From contig JBGSMV010000004.1 of the NCBI GenBank assembly GCA_041739995.1, forward strand, positions 1 through 47,071: a DNA stretch of 47,071 bases. Reading direction: 5' to 3'. Shown here piece after piece: positions 10,062 through 19,243 of the stretch. This DNA comes from Bdellovibrionota bacterium. Lineage in GTDB: Bacteria; Bdellovibrionota_C; UBA2361; JBGSMV01. The position numbers were made by a program, and so were the translations under genes. Below the pieces are notes generated by a model. It did not search any database, had not been told where the DNA came from, and saw only the letters and a program-made list of their open reading frames with translations. Positions within the stretch are counted from its first letter, which is position 1; each line of letters begins with the position of its first letter.

Positions 10062-11294
10062 TCACTTCGAATCGGGAAGTGCCTTGATGGCGGCGGCGAA
10101 AGCATCGCACACATACTCAATATTCGATGGATTGAGTGCCGGAACAGAGATTCGACCGTTACCCGTAAGAAAGATTGAGTATTTTGACTTGAGAAACTGA
10201 ACTTGTTCTTGAGTGAGTCCGGTAAAAGAAAACATTCCGAACTGATCGACGACATGCTCAAAGTCGAATCCGCGCTGCTTCATGCCACTTGCAAGAGCTG
10301 AGCGCATCGAGGCGATTCGTTGACGCATGACACCAAGCTCACGGATCCAAAGCTCTTCAAGATCTGGATTAGTAAGCACCTCAGCGACAAGCTGAGCGCC
10401 GCGAGAGGGAGGATTGGAGTAAATTGCTCGAACGATCTGCTTTATCTGACTTAAGGTGGCACCTGCCTCAGTAGGACTACTGGTCACTACATGCAGGGTG
10501 CCGACTCTTTGGGAATAAAGTGAGAATGATTTGGAAAGCGAGCTCGCAATAAAACACGGAATACCACGAGCAACAAACTCACGGATAGGCGCAGCATCTT
10601 CTTGGAGGCCATACTTGAATCCCTGATAGGCAAAATCAATTACGGGAATATGGCTCGAGCGCTCAAAAAACGCCCCCAACATGCGCCAATCTTCTGGCGA
10701 AAAGTCCTTGCCGGTGGGGTTGTGACAGCAGGCATGCAGAATGATGGCGGTGCGCTGCGGAAGCCCTTCAAGATATCCGAGCACTTCCTCTACTTGCACG
10801 GCCCGACGAGTGCTGTCGTAGTACGGATACTCAAGCACTTGAAAATCGAGCTCAGAAAAAATTCCACGGTGATTTGGCCAGGTCGGATTCGGAATAGCGA
10901 CGGCGAGTGGAGATTTCAGAATGCGACGGACAAGATGCGCTGCCAGGCAAATAGCCGCAGTGCCCCCTGGGGCTTGGACCGTAGCGACGTTCGGCAAAAT
11001 CGTTGAATTCTCACCGAAGGTAAGTTTTTGCATCGCTTGCACATAGTTAGGCAGGCCATCGATCGGAAGGTACCCTTCGATGTGTGGGCGTGCGAGAAGC
11101 CGGTGGGCGGCATGAGAAACTGCATCGAGCACAGGTGTCACCCCATGTTCATTCATGTAGACGCCAGGACCTAAATTCTGCCTGTCCTTATGGGTAGACT
11201 TAGCGAAGTCCGAGGAGAGCCCAAGAATTGGATCGGGGGGCAATTCGGCAAGAGAGGAGAATAAACTAGCGACCACAGGTGATAAACGATTCAT
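10062..11294 (-). CDS. Aspartate/aromatic amino acid aminotransferase (AspC/TyrB family)
   Basis: PPDPILGL, PTWPNH, LHACCHNPTG, DFAYQGF, PLP-lysine motif SLSKSFSLYSQRVG, GMFSFTGL. Start uncertain (11294 or 11309). Confidence 0.96.
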   Translation of the reverse strand: MNRLSPVVASLFSSLAELPPDPILGLSSDFAKSTHKDRQNLGPGVYMNEHGVTPVLDAVSHAAHRLLARPHIEGYLPIDGLPNYVQAMQKLTFGENSTILPNVATVQAPGGTAAICLAAHLVRRILKSPLAVAIPNPTWPNHRGIFSELDFQVLEYPYYDSTRRAVQVEEVLGYLEGLPQRTAIILHACCHNPTGKDFSPEDWRMLGAFFERSSHIPVIDFAYQGFKYGLQEDAAPIREFVARGIPCFIASSLSKSFSLYSQRVGTLHVVTSSPTEAGATLSQIKQIVRAIYSNPPSRGAQLVAEVLTNPDLEELWIRELGVMRQRIASMRSALASGMKQRGFDFEHVVDQFGMFSFTGLTQEQVQFLKSKYSIFLTGNGRISVPALNPSNIEYVCDAFAAAIKALPDSK

Positions 11295-11522
11295 TTTCAA
11301 AACCCTCAAGGTTCAAAAACCCTCGGTCCCTCTCCTGTTATTCTCACGGCACAGGCCCCGTGAGGGCGCCAGCAGCGGTGAGAACGACGCACCTTCGGCG
11401 CCTTGATGAGCAGAGAAGCGGGAAATCAAAGGCAGAACAGATCGTAGAGGTTGGAAACAGCACTGTCAAACATCTGAATTTATGAGGATAACTAGGGAGA
11501 TGTGAGGTCGTAGGCGGGGAGA

Positions 11523-11551
11523 GGAAACTTTTGGATAAAATTGCCGAAGAG
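11523..11551 (+). promoter_or_regulatory. Putative alternative-sigma promoter upstream of the sigma gene
   Basis: GGAAACTT ttggataaaattg CCGAAGAG, about 46 nt before ATG 11598. Confidence 0.65.
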
Positions 11552-11597
11552 CTACCCCAGAACCAATCCGAAAGTTGTTTTACGGAAGTTTGACCAG

Positions 11598-12425
11598 ATG
11601 GCTACTAAGCGCAGCACCAAGACGAACCGTCCGGAGAAGAAGCGATCGAGCCCTAGTCGACGACAATCTTCGGCCTCAGTGGATGACGTGAAGCAAGGTA
11701 CCTCTTCTCTAGCCGATCGCGATCAGCTGATTACGCGGTATCAGCGCTTTGTGAATGGGCTGGTGGGCAAGCTGATCAGAACTCTCTCGCTTCCTAGTGA
11801 CCAAACTGATGAATATGTGGCGGCGGGTTATTTGGGTCTAGTCGAGGCCGCAGAGCGCTTTGATCCAAATTCTGGGGTCGAGTTTAGCACCTATGCATAT
11901 CTCAGAATCCGCGGAGCGGTAATCGATAGTGTTCGCGAGAGCTCGTATCTATCGGCAAAAGCGCTTCGTTTTGCGAAGGGGATGCAAGCGGCTCACGAGC
12001 TTCGTGAAGCTGAAGTTCTTGGAAGAAGCAAAGAACAGGGCAAGCCAGGTGTTGCTGAGATGCTTGATAGTGTGGCGAGTGGTGCACTAGTGCATCGCCT
12101 GTGCGGAGACTCCGGTCATGACGCACTCACCCATGCCACGGCTGTTTCCCAAACGCCTGAGTCCCTCATGGAAGAAGATCAGGGGCGCTCCGAGATTCGT
12201 GAATGGGTCGGGACTCTCCCCGAGAAAGAAAGAGCAATTATCGAAGACTACTATTTTAGGGGAAAATCGTTCACCGATATCGTTGAGTCGAGTGAAGGCA
12301 TGTCAAAGTCCTGGGTTTCGAGGCTCCATTCTCGCGCACTGCAGCAACTCAAAGAACGGATAGTATTTCAGGGGATTACTCCACTTAAGTGCGAAAAAAG
12401 CAAACTACAAAGCGGAACCCCATGA
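11598..12425 (+). CDS. Sigma-70 family sigma factor, FliA/WhiG-like, T3SS-locus associated
   Basis: Region 2 GYLGLVEAAERFDPNSGVEFSTYAYLRIRGAVIDSVR; region 4 LPEKERAIIEDYY...MSKSWVSRLHSRALQQLK. ATG 11598 preferred over TTG 11541. Confidence 0.92.
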   Translation: MATKRSTKTNRPEKKRSSPSRRQSSASVDDVKQGTSSLADRDQLITRYQRFVNGLVGKLIRTLSLPSDQTDEYVAAGYLGLVEAAERFDPNSGVEFSTYAYLRIRGAVIDSVRESSYLSAKALRFAKGMQAAHELREAEVLGRSKEQGKPGVAEMLDSVASGALVHRLCGDSGHDALTHATAVSQTPESLMEEDQGRSEIREWVGTLPEKERAIIEDYYFRGKSFTDIVESSEGMSKSWVSRLHSRALQQLKERIVFQGITPLKCEKSKLQSGTP

Positions 12426-12476
12426 GCAGGAAAAGCTAAAGTCATTCGATAGGCTGTATGTCCCAGATGGATCGCT

Positions 12477-13319
12477 ATGAAAGGAAAACGTTTTTCAATA
12501 TCAGTTGCTCATGTGTTCATTCGGATCATAGCTGGCGGTCTCCTGATCTCAATGTTGCTCGGCTGCGACGAGCAGATCGTGCACTACTTGTCTGAGAATG
12601 AAGCAAACGTTCTGGTCACTCATCTCGCGGATGTCTCAATTTCTTCAAAGAAGGTACGGCAAGCGGATGGTTCTTGGGCACTTGCCGTTGATGAAACAGA
12701 TCAGCTTCCTGCACTGAGAGCTCTCAGTGCTGCCCGCCTATTGAGATCTAATGAACCAAGAGAACCAGAACGTGGATCTCTCGTCGTGGGCCGAGACGAG
12801 CAGCGCTTTCGTCATGAACGAGCATTGAGTGCGGAGATCGAACGAACTCTTACCACGATCCCCTCGGTGCTTGAGGGAAGAGTGCATTTGAATTTGCCAA
12901 TTGTAGATCCGCTCTTCGGGCAACGCCTTGAGAAGCGCCCAGGTAGTGCGAGTGTCGTCGTGGTTGTGCGAGGGGAGGGCCCCTCCAAAGAAGAGATTGC
13001 CTTGATTGTTTCCGGGGCTTCGGGAATTCCCGTTGCTCTTGTATCGGTGATGATGCAGCAGCCGCCTCAGCATGAAGTCGCTTCAACCACACGCGGGATT
13101 TTGCCACTGGTGGATGCTGCAGTAGCGAGCGCCCCAGGAGTAGCGCCGAAACTCTTAGGACCGGCAGAGATCGGTGTACCTAATCCCAGCTTCTTTAGGG
13201 CTCACCGCGGACTTCTGATTCAAATAGCGGTTTCTTTGATGATTTTCGGCGGTGGTTTGTTGCTGCTTCTTCGTCGGCGCCCCAGTGCAAGAAACCTCTC
13301 GTCTGCAGGAATAGTGTGA
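12477..13319 (+). CDS. sctJ: Type III secretion inner-membrane ring lipoprotein (SctJ/YscJ family)
   Basis: Lipobox LLGC, LSENEAN, EIERTLTTIPSVLEGRVHL, SASV, IVSGA, C-terminal TM plus basic tail; 280 aa is SctJ size, not FliF size. Confidence 0.88.
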   Translation: MKGKRFSISVAHVFIRIIAGGLLISMLLGCDEQIVHYLSENEANVLVTHLADVSISSKKVRQADGSWALAVDETDQLPALRALSAARLLRSNEPREPERGSLVVGRDEQRFRHERALSAEIERTLTTIPSVLEGRVHLNLPIVDPLFGQRLEKRPGSASVVVVVRGEGPSKEEIALIVSGASGIPVALVSVMMQQPPQHEVASTTRGILPLVDAAVASAPGVAPKLLGPAEIGVPNPSFFRAHRGLLIQIAVSLMIFGGGLLLLLRRRPSARNLSSAGIV

Positions 13320-13328
13320 GGTGTTTCG

Positions 13329-14279
13329 ATGAGGAATGTAATTATCGAACAGGGCAACACGCAAACCGCTCGGGAGATTGCTGACTATATTGCTTCGGAA
13401 CTGTTGCGCACACTCAGGAGTTCGCTCGGTCACACGCATTGCTTGGAGATTCGAGCAGGCGCTTCATTCCAGCTACGCTCCCATTATGAGCAGCGCCTTT
13501 CAGTACAATGTCGTAGCAACGGGACGAGGGCCGCGATTGCTTTATCGACTGAGCATAAACCCCTGTCTCGTGTTGCGCTCTACCATCTTGTTCGTGAAGC
13601 GACGCGTACTCCTTTTAAGATTGATGGCCTGTGTCCTTTCGTGAGTTCTCAGGAGCGCTGTTTTCAGTATCGAGTGTTTGATAAGGCAGGATTGTCCCTG
13701 GGCGTGCTGTGTGTGTGGGTCGATAAGGGGACGGTTAGCGAGACGAATCTCTTTGCCGATACGGGGCCATTGCCTGAAGAACAGACGCCGCAGAACGTGC
13801 AGATGCTGCTTAGTTGCTCGATTGGCGAACTTTCAACACAGTATGAACTTTCCCTTCCGCATGAGATTTGCGCGGTCGTTGCCTCCATTCCAAAGATGAT
13901 TCGATTGCAGCTACTGGCGCGCACCGATACGCGGATGGACCCTCTTTCAATGAAAATAGTCGATATAGGAGAATGTATGCAGTCAGAATCACAATCTTTG
14001 GATCCATCTTTGCAGTTCACCCTTGATCTTGGCTGTCTCAACATCTCTTTGGAAGATTTCGTTTCGCTTAGACCGGGCAGCACTATTCGGGTTCCTGAGA
14101 TCAACTCGTCGACAGGGTTCCTGAGGTACGGAGGAGAGCCGGTCGCCTCTGTTGAGGTGAGTTTCGAGGCGACAGAACTAAAGATTCGGGTGGTCGATTT
14201 CTTTAGGGTTCCCGTCAGAGACGCGCAGGGCTGTGAGGTAGAGGTTGGTAATTTGATCGGTACGCAGCACCCCGCTTAG
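13329..14279 (+). CDS. SctQ/FliM-FliN-like C-ring protein (C-terminal SpoA domain)
   Basis: C-terminal LQFTLDLGCLNISLEDFVSLRPGSTI...PVASVEV...LKIRVV matches the SpoA pattern; directly follows sctJ. Confidence 0.72.
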   Translation: MRNVIIEQGNTQTAREIADYIASELLRTLRSSLGHTHCLEIRAGASFQLRSHYEQRLSVQCRSNGTRAAIALSTEHKPLSRVALYHLVREATRTPFKIDGLCPFVSSQERCFQYRVFDKAGLSLGVLCVWVDKGTVSETNLFADTGPLPEEQTPQNVQMLLSCSIGELSTQYELSLPHEICAVVASIPKMIRLQLLARTDTRMDPLSMKIVDIGECMQSESQSLDPSLQFTLDLGCLNISLEDFVSLRPGSTIRVPEINSSTGFLRYGGEPVASVEVSFEATELKIRVVDFFRVPVRDAQGCEVEVGNLIGTQHPA

Positions 14280-14379
14280 CCGCAATAGCCAAAAACTCTT
14301 CATAAGAACAGAGACTTACCGCTCTGCCCGCTACAGGTGTGTGCTCATATTTTCCCGGCGTGGTTCGCGCCGAGCAACA

Positions 14380-14408
14380 GGAAACTTTCGCTGAAAATCT
14401 CCGATAAG
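14380..14408 (+). promoter_or_regulatory. Putative alternative-sigma promoter upstream of the needle-like/sctV operon
   Basis: GGAAACTT tcgctgaaaatct CCGATAAG, about 90 nt before ATG 14497. Confidence 0.7.
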
Positions 14409-14496
14409 GCAGCACAGTAAATGACGGTACTCCCTCGAGTGCCAAATTAGCTAAGGCTGCAAGTTGAGCAGTCTAGGTATCAAAGAGGAGTGAATT

Positions 14497-14826
14497 ATGG
14501 CGAATCCAATAAGCATCAATCACATGGGAGCCCACCTTGATTTTGGAAAGGTGGCTCGGTTTCTTCCTGAACCAACCAATCGTTCAGGCCTCTCATTCTC
14601 TTCAGTGCTTGAAGGGGCCTCTGGTCTTGTAAGCAAGGTTGCGGGAATCGCACTCGGCGGCGGGGGCGCGCAACAGTTCCCAAACTTAGACCCCGGATAC
14701 GCCGACCTGCTGCAAAAGCAGATTGAAGTTCAGGTGCAGATGCAACTGATGACTCTTTATTCAAACATCGAAAAATCACAACACGAGACGAAAATGACTT
14801 CGTTACGAAACATTAGAGTTGGCTAG
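14497..14826 (+). CDS. Small helical protein, needle/inner-rod (SctF/SctI)-like C-terminus
   Basis: Strong GAGGAG RBS; C-terminus LLQKQIEVQVQMQLMTLYSNIEKSQHETKMTSLRNIR fits the needle-type S-N-x-x-K...x-x-N-I pattern. Confidence 0.6.
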   Translation: MANPISINHMGAHLDFGKVARFLPEPTNRSGLSFSSVLEGASGLVSKVAGIALGGGGAQQFPNLDPGYADLLQKQIEVQVQMQLMTLYSNIEKSQHETKMTSLRNIRVG

Positions 14827-14850
14827 GCGTGTTAGCAGGGATTCAGAGAT

Positions 14851-15084
14851 ATGAAACTTAAGACATGGCAAATTGAGGCATTGGCTTCCGGGCTTCCGAT
14901 TGCGGAGACCCGGAAGGTCCGACGAGTTTCACGCCGACTGTTGGAACTGCGTGATGAGGAGACTTGGGCAGCTGAGAGCGAGGAAACTCGCACCAGTTCA
15001 GCAGGCATGTTTGGTCACCTCGGTGCGAGCGCAGTAGAGCAGGGAGCCAGGAACTCGTTTCAAAAGCTAGGAGATAGGGCCTAA
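14851..15084 (+). CDS. Small hypothetical protein in T3SS-like operon
   Basis: 77-aa ORF packed between the needle-like gene and sctV (3-bp gap). Confidence 0.55.
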   Translation: MKLKTWQIEALASGLPIAETRKVRRVSRRLLELRDEETWAAESEETRTSSAGMFGHLGASAVEQGARNSFQKLGDRA

Positions 15085-15087
15085 GTC

Positions 15088-16983
15088 ATGAAGGAGCTTG
15101 TTGTTCCGTTTGGGTTGCTTGCGGTGATGGGAAGTTTGCTGCTGCCTGTGCCACCGATGGCGCTAGACTTTATGCTGGTGGGGAACTTGGTGCTGGCGTT
15201 GGTTCTTTTCCTAAGCTCGCTCTACGTATCCGACTCACTCAAGCTCTCATCGCTTCCCTCACTGTTATTGATCGCCACTCTCTATCGACTGGGACTTAAC
15301 GTAGCCACGACTAGGGCAATTCTAAGCGGTGGAGACGCAGGGCAGGTGGTGTTGGCCTTCGGCGAGACGGTCATCGCGGGGAATCTCGCGGTGGGGCTAG
15401 TGGTATTCGTGGTCCTTACTCTGATTCAGTTTGTAGTGATAGCAAAAGGTGCCGAACGTGTCGCGGAAGTGGCGGCGCGTTTTACTCTTGATGCGCTTCC
15501 GGGCAAGCAAATGTCCATTGATGCGGATGTGCGGGCGGGGTTGATTGACTTTGAAACGGCGCGGACACGAAGAAATGACTTGCAAACTGAGTCAAGATTT
15601 TTCGGGGCACTGGACGGTTCAATGAAGTTTGTGAAGGGCGACGCAATCGCTGGCTTGTTCATGGTTGCGGTCAATATTGTCGGAGGACTAGCCGTGGGCA
15701 CCATTGGAGAGGGCATGAGTTTCTCCAGAGCGGTGCAACACTTTACCTTACTCACCATCGGAGACGGGCTGGCATCACAGATTCCTGCACTCTTGAATGC
15801 ACTTGCCGCAGGAATGGTGGTTACGCGCGTGTCACGCGGCGATAATCAAACTTTAGCTCAAGAGGTATTGCAGCAACTGGGCCAGATTCGGAGCGTGAAG
15901 GTCATCATCGGGCTGTTTATTGCCTTGATTGGGATCGTTCCCGGAATGCCGGCTCTTCCATTCTTGAGTCTGTCAGGAGTCCTGCTTCTTTCGGCGATTC
16001 TCTCGCATGGTAAGGGTACCGGTGAACCAGTGAAGCAGGTTGAAAAATTTGAACCGCGAGTGCCTGCCACACTGGCCATTGAGGTTGGGGAAAAAGCGCG
16101 AACGCAGCTGCACGGCTCTCCAGCGCTGATGCCGACAATGCTCAAGTTTCGAGAAGAGACCCATCGTCGACACGGTTTGGTGATCGGGCTTCCAGAGTTT
16201 GAAGTGGCGCGAGAGTTGACCAACGGCTACCGCCTAAAGCTGCGTGGCATACCAGTCGCACAAGGAGTGCAGGGAGCTGAGGCGACGCAGACCCTCAAGC
16301 AAATCTTCGAAGCGTTGCACACAATTGTATCTGATCGGATGGTCGAGCTTATAGACGACATCATAACCCGTCGCATGCTTGATTCTCTAGAACGAGAGGC
16401 ACCTGAACTGATTGCTGCAGTTGTTCCAGCTGTGGTTACAGTTACTCAGTTGACTGAGCTGCTACGGATGCTGGCGCGTGAGCAAGTCTCGCTAAAGAAC
16501 TTTGATGTTATTGTACAAGCGGTGGCTGAAAGTGGCTCGAAAGCGGCCAATGAGCGGGTGTTGCTTGAAGAGGTGCGCATCGCCTTGCGCCGAGTGATCT
16601 CACACCAGCACGCTCTCGCTAACGCTAAAGTGCGCGCCTTAGTGCTGGACCCAGTGGTCGACCTCACTATTGCCCAGACTGAGCGAGAGAATCGCCCACT
16701 CTCGGTTGATGTCATCGCTCACATTGCTGAACAGCTCCTATTGCAGCATTCGGACGGCCGAGTGCTTGCAACCTCGCGTACCTCACGGCGACTGCTTGCG
16801 GATTGTCTTCGCCTTCGAGGCGTGACGATGCCGGTGATTGCATTTGATGAGCTGGCCGAAGGGTATCAGTTCGACATCGAAGGACGCGTGGACATATCAG
16901 AGGAACTTTCGGCTAAGTCAGATGATCAATTGTTGGGAAGTCCGTTTGGTTCTCAAAAATCAACCGAGGAGGACAGAATATGA
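15088..16983 (+). CDS. sctV: Type III export gate protein (SctV/FlhA, FHIPEP family)
   Basis: KGAERVAEVAARFTLDALPGKQMSIDAD, FFGALDGSMKFVKGDAIAG, LLTIGDGLASQIPAL; cytoplasmic domain divergent. Confidence 0.93.
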   Translation: MKELVVPFGLLAVMGSLLLPVPPMALDFMLVGNLVLALVLFLSSLYVSDSLKLSSLPSLLLIATLYRLGLNVATTRAILSGGDAGQVVLAFGETVIAGNLAVGLVVFVVLTLIQFVVIAKGAERVAEVAARFTLDALPGKQMSIDADVRAGLIDFETARTRRNDLQTESRFFGALDGSMKFVKGDAIAGLFMVAVNIVGGLAVGTIGEGMSFSRAVQHFTLLTIGDGLASQIPALLNALAAGMVVTRVSRGDNQTLAQEVLQQLGQIRSVKVIIGLFIALIGIVPGMPALPFLSLSGVLLLSAILSHGKGTGEPVKQVEKFEPRVPATLAIEVGEKARTQLHGSPALMPTMLKFREETHRRHGLVIGLPEFEVARELTNGYRLKLRGIPVAQGVQGAEATQTLKQIFEALHTIVSDRMVELIDDIITRRMLDSLEREAPELIAAVVPAVVTVTQLTELLRMLAREQVSLKNFDVIVQAVAESGSKAANERVLLEEVRIALRRVISHQHALANAKVRALVLDPVVDLTIAQTERENRPLSVDVIAHIAEQLLLQHSDGRVLATSRTSRRLLADCLRLRGVTMPVIAFDELAEGYQFDIEGRVDISEELSAKSDDQLLGSPFGSQKSTEEDRI

Positions 16984-17576
16984 AAGCATTTGCAATCTCA
17001 GTACTGAGTGTTGTGTGTATGAGTGGGTGCGGGCTCCTTCTGGCTCCTCCCAGCACTCCCTCAGTTTCCGAAGCTGAACGTATAGAAGCCATTGTTCAGC
17101 GTGGTGTTCAAGCAATGCAGCGTGGCGACCTCACGCGGGCCGACGCTGCATTCGCGCTTGCACTCGAAATAGGCTCAAGTGCGGCCGCCCTGGATGGTCA
17201 TGGATGTGTAGCTCTACTTCAGGGAGACTTTGAGGTGGCTGAGCGGTATTTTCTAACAGCACTTGGGCAAGATCCTAAGTATAGAGGTGCCCTAGGAAAC
17301 CTGGCACTTCTCTATGATATAAGTGGTCGACCGGTAGAAGCGGCGGCGCTGTATGAGTCAGCGATTAGGGCCCTTCCGACCAATGTGGCGCTTCGAAACA
17401 ACTTTGCAGCGCTTCTCGCCGATAACAAAGAGCAGAAGACTTTCAGTGGCAGGCAGGGGGCTGAAGACCCTACAGGGCTGAAGTACAGCCGTGCGGCGCG
17501 TGAGCTGAGGAAAGCAGCAACGCTTGCAGCACACCCGATAGTTATGAGTAACTTAGAACGAATGGAGGCACCATGA
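16980..17576 (+). CDS. TPR-containing lipoprotein (pilotin-like)
   Basis: Signal peptide with lipobox MSGC; TPR-like helices (ALGNLALLY, NNFAALL); ATGA overlap with the sctV stop. Confidence 0.8.
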   Translation: MKAFAISVLSVVCMSGCGLLLAPPSTPSVSEAERIEAIVQRGVQAMQRGDLTRADAAFALALEIGSSAAALDGHGCVALLQGDFEVAERYFLTALGQDPKYRGALGNLALLYDISGRPVEAAALYESAIRALPTNVALRNNFAALLADNKEQKTFSGRQGAEDPTGLKYSRAARELRKAATLAAHPIVMSNLERMEAP

Positions 17577-17896
17577 ATGCAATGAAGGCCGAAAAGCAGA
17601 AAGCGAACACGGCAGCAAATAAGAAGGGCAAGATCTCTGTTCGTCCCCCTTCGGCGACCAAAAAACCTGAAGGTGCTGACCAAATAGAGGAACAGCTCGC
17701 CAAGGTTTGGGCGGAGGAAGTGATAGCGTTGCAGGCGCAGCGTTTCACCACAGTGGAAGCAGCTCTTGGTGCGGTGGTAACTCAGGTGGTCAAAAGAATG
17801 TCGGGAGATGACGAGATGAAGGAGTTTCTCACATTCATGTGCGAAACTGATCCGGATATGCTGGACAGTCTCCGTGAGCTGCTTGTGCGTGCTTAG
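17573..17896 (+). CDS. Small hypothetical helical protein, last gene of T3SS-like operon
   Basis: ATGA overlap with the TPR gene and GGAGG RBS; 107 aa. Confidence 0.7.
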   Translation: MNAMKAEKQKANTAANKKGKISVRPPSATKKPEGADQIEEQLAKVWAEEVIALQAQRFTTVEAALGAVVTQVVKRMSGDDEMKEFLTFMCETDPDMLDSLRELLVRA

Positions 17897-18122
17897 TCCG
17901 AATGTTGTCTAGCAGGCTGGTGAAAAGGTGCTCTCCTTGGGACTTTTTCACTCGCTCCAAGCTCTTTTCGCGCGACGAGCGGCGTGAAATCCGCGTCGCT
18001 TCTCGTACTTACGCTATGCTCCAGTCCGCGGTTGGACGTCATGTCCTCCCTATCAGGGTCCGCCTTCGCTTGAATATGCCTGCGCTGCTATTTCATTCGA
18101 GGAGGCTACGGAGGATAGGAAA

Positions 18123-18180
18123 GCTTCGGGGGACAAGTCGGCGGGACGTCGTCGTCTGTGCCTACGGCACAGACTCCTAG
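18123..18180. repeat. Dispersed REP/MITE-like repeat family B, copy 1
   Basis: GCTTCGGGGGACAAGTCGGCGGGACGTCGTCGTCTGTGCCTACGGCACAGACTCCTAG, similar to 38331-38388; perfect 9-bp hairpin GTCTGTGCC/GGCACAGAC. Confidence 0.85.
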
Positions 18181-19082
18181 CCTTGTAAGCGTTCCGCCAA
18201 ATTTGGGATCTTTTCGGCCACGTTAGCATCTTCGTTTGAGTGTGTGGCCTCAGCAGTGGTTGCTGAGTCTTGGGTCGGCGCCTCGTTTGTCGCTGTAGAG
18301 GAGGCTTCAGCGGCACTTTCAGTATTAACGGAAGGGGCGTCTTCTTTAACCTGTTTGCGAGCAACGAGGCGTTTTCTAAGACGACCGAGTCTTGTGGCAG
18401 GGCCGTTGCTTCTTTCAAGGCAGAACTCAATCATGGCGTCTTGCAAGCGATCCGGACCGCCGCGCGCAAAAAGTTTTCCAATTTCTACTGATCGTTTCAA
18501 CCCCGCTACCCGACGTGGAAGATCGCGCCTGGCAGTTTCGAATTGCTGTGACTGACGCAGCGTCATGGCAAGCTTGTCTACTTGGGTCAGTACTAAAGCG
18601 GCGAGCGCTTCGTTGCGGTCTTTGGCAAAGAGAATCGCATCGGCGATAGGCTCGCCCTTCGTTGCCATGATAAGGGACTCGTCGATTGAATCCTCAGTGA
18701 ATGGCTTTACGATAAAACCTCTCGCACCCAGCATCAGCAGTCCAAAGACGTCGTCAACATTAGGCTCCCATGAACTGGGAATTGCTATGGTGGTGTCGTC
18801 GAGTTCAAGTATCTTCGATAGAAAGTCACCACTGGGCATTGAGGTCTTCTTGGCCTCAAAAATGATGTGTGAGAAACGGCGCTCCTCAAATTTCTTGAGT
18901 GCCTGAACGTGGTCTGGTGCATCGCTCACAGTACCGATGCCGAGTCGAACGATCATTTGCCGCAGGCTGTTGCGCATCGAAATTTCTGGTTCGACTACGA
19001 GAACGGAGATCTGTTTACGATCTGCGTCGCTGAGACCAGGCGGGCCGCTGCGCTTAATTTGTTGAGCGAACGAAGATTTCAT
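18177..19082 (-). CDS. Atypical response regulator (pseudo-receiver plus helical C-terminal region)
   Basis: Receiver pattern VLVVEPE...IIFEAK...MPSG...GARGFIVKPF, with Glu in place of the phosphoacceptor Asp. Confidence 0.82.
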   Translation of the reverse strand: MKSSFAQQIKRSGPPGLSDADRKQISVLVVEPEISMRNSLRQMIVRLGIGTVSDAPDHVQALKKFEERRFSHIIFEAKKTSMPSGDFLSKILELDDTTIAIPSSWEPNVDDVFGLLMLGARGFIVKPFTEDSIDESLIMATKGEPIADAILFAKDRNEALAALVLTQVDKLAMTLRQSQQFETARRDLPRRVAGLKRSVEIGKLFARGGPDRLQDAMIEFCLERSNGPATRLGRLRKRLVARKQVKEDAPSVNTESAAEASSTATNEAPTQDSATTAEATHSNEDANVAEKIPNLAERLQG

Positions 19083-19139
19083 CAAAGATCTTTCCCTTCC
19101 TGGCTGGGTAGAGGTGTAGCGTCTGCCCAGCCTTAATAG

Positions 19140-19195
19140 TATCGACGGGTTAGCCGAGGAGCTTAATCCTAGGAGTTTCCACTAACCCCTCGATA
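19140..19195. promoter_or_regulatory. Inverted repeat / back-to-back sigma28-like promoters between divergent regulators
   Basis: TATCGACGGGTTAG (19140-19153) vs CTAACCCCTCGATA (19182-19195), 13/14 match; minus strand reads TAAG-N15-GTCGATAC. Confidence 0.55.
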
Positions 19196-19243
19196 GTGTT
19201 TGTGTTTCTGGCAGAGGAACAAGAAACTGGCTATAGAAAGCCT

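Noticed and set aside
11598..17896. Interpretation as a flagellar operon (fliA-fliF-fliM-flhA)
   Set aside because: The ring protein is a 280-aa lipoprotein (SctJ-like, not FliF), and no rod, hook, flagellin, FliG or Mot genes are present
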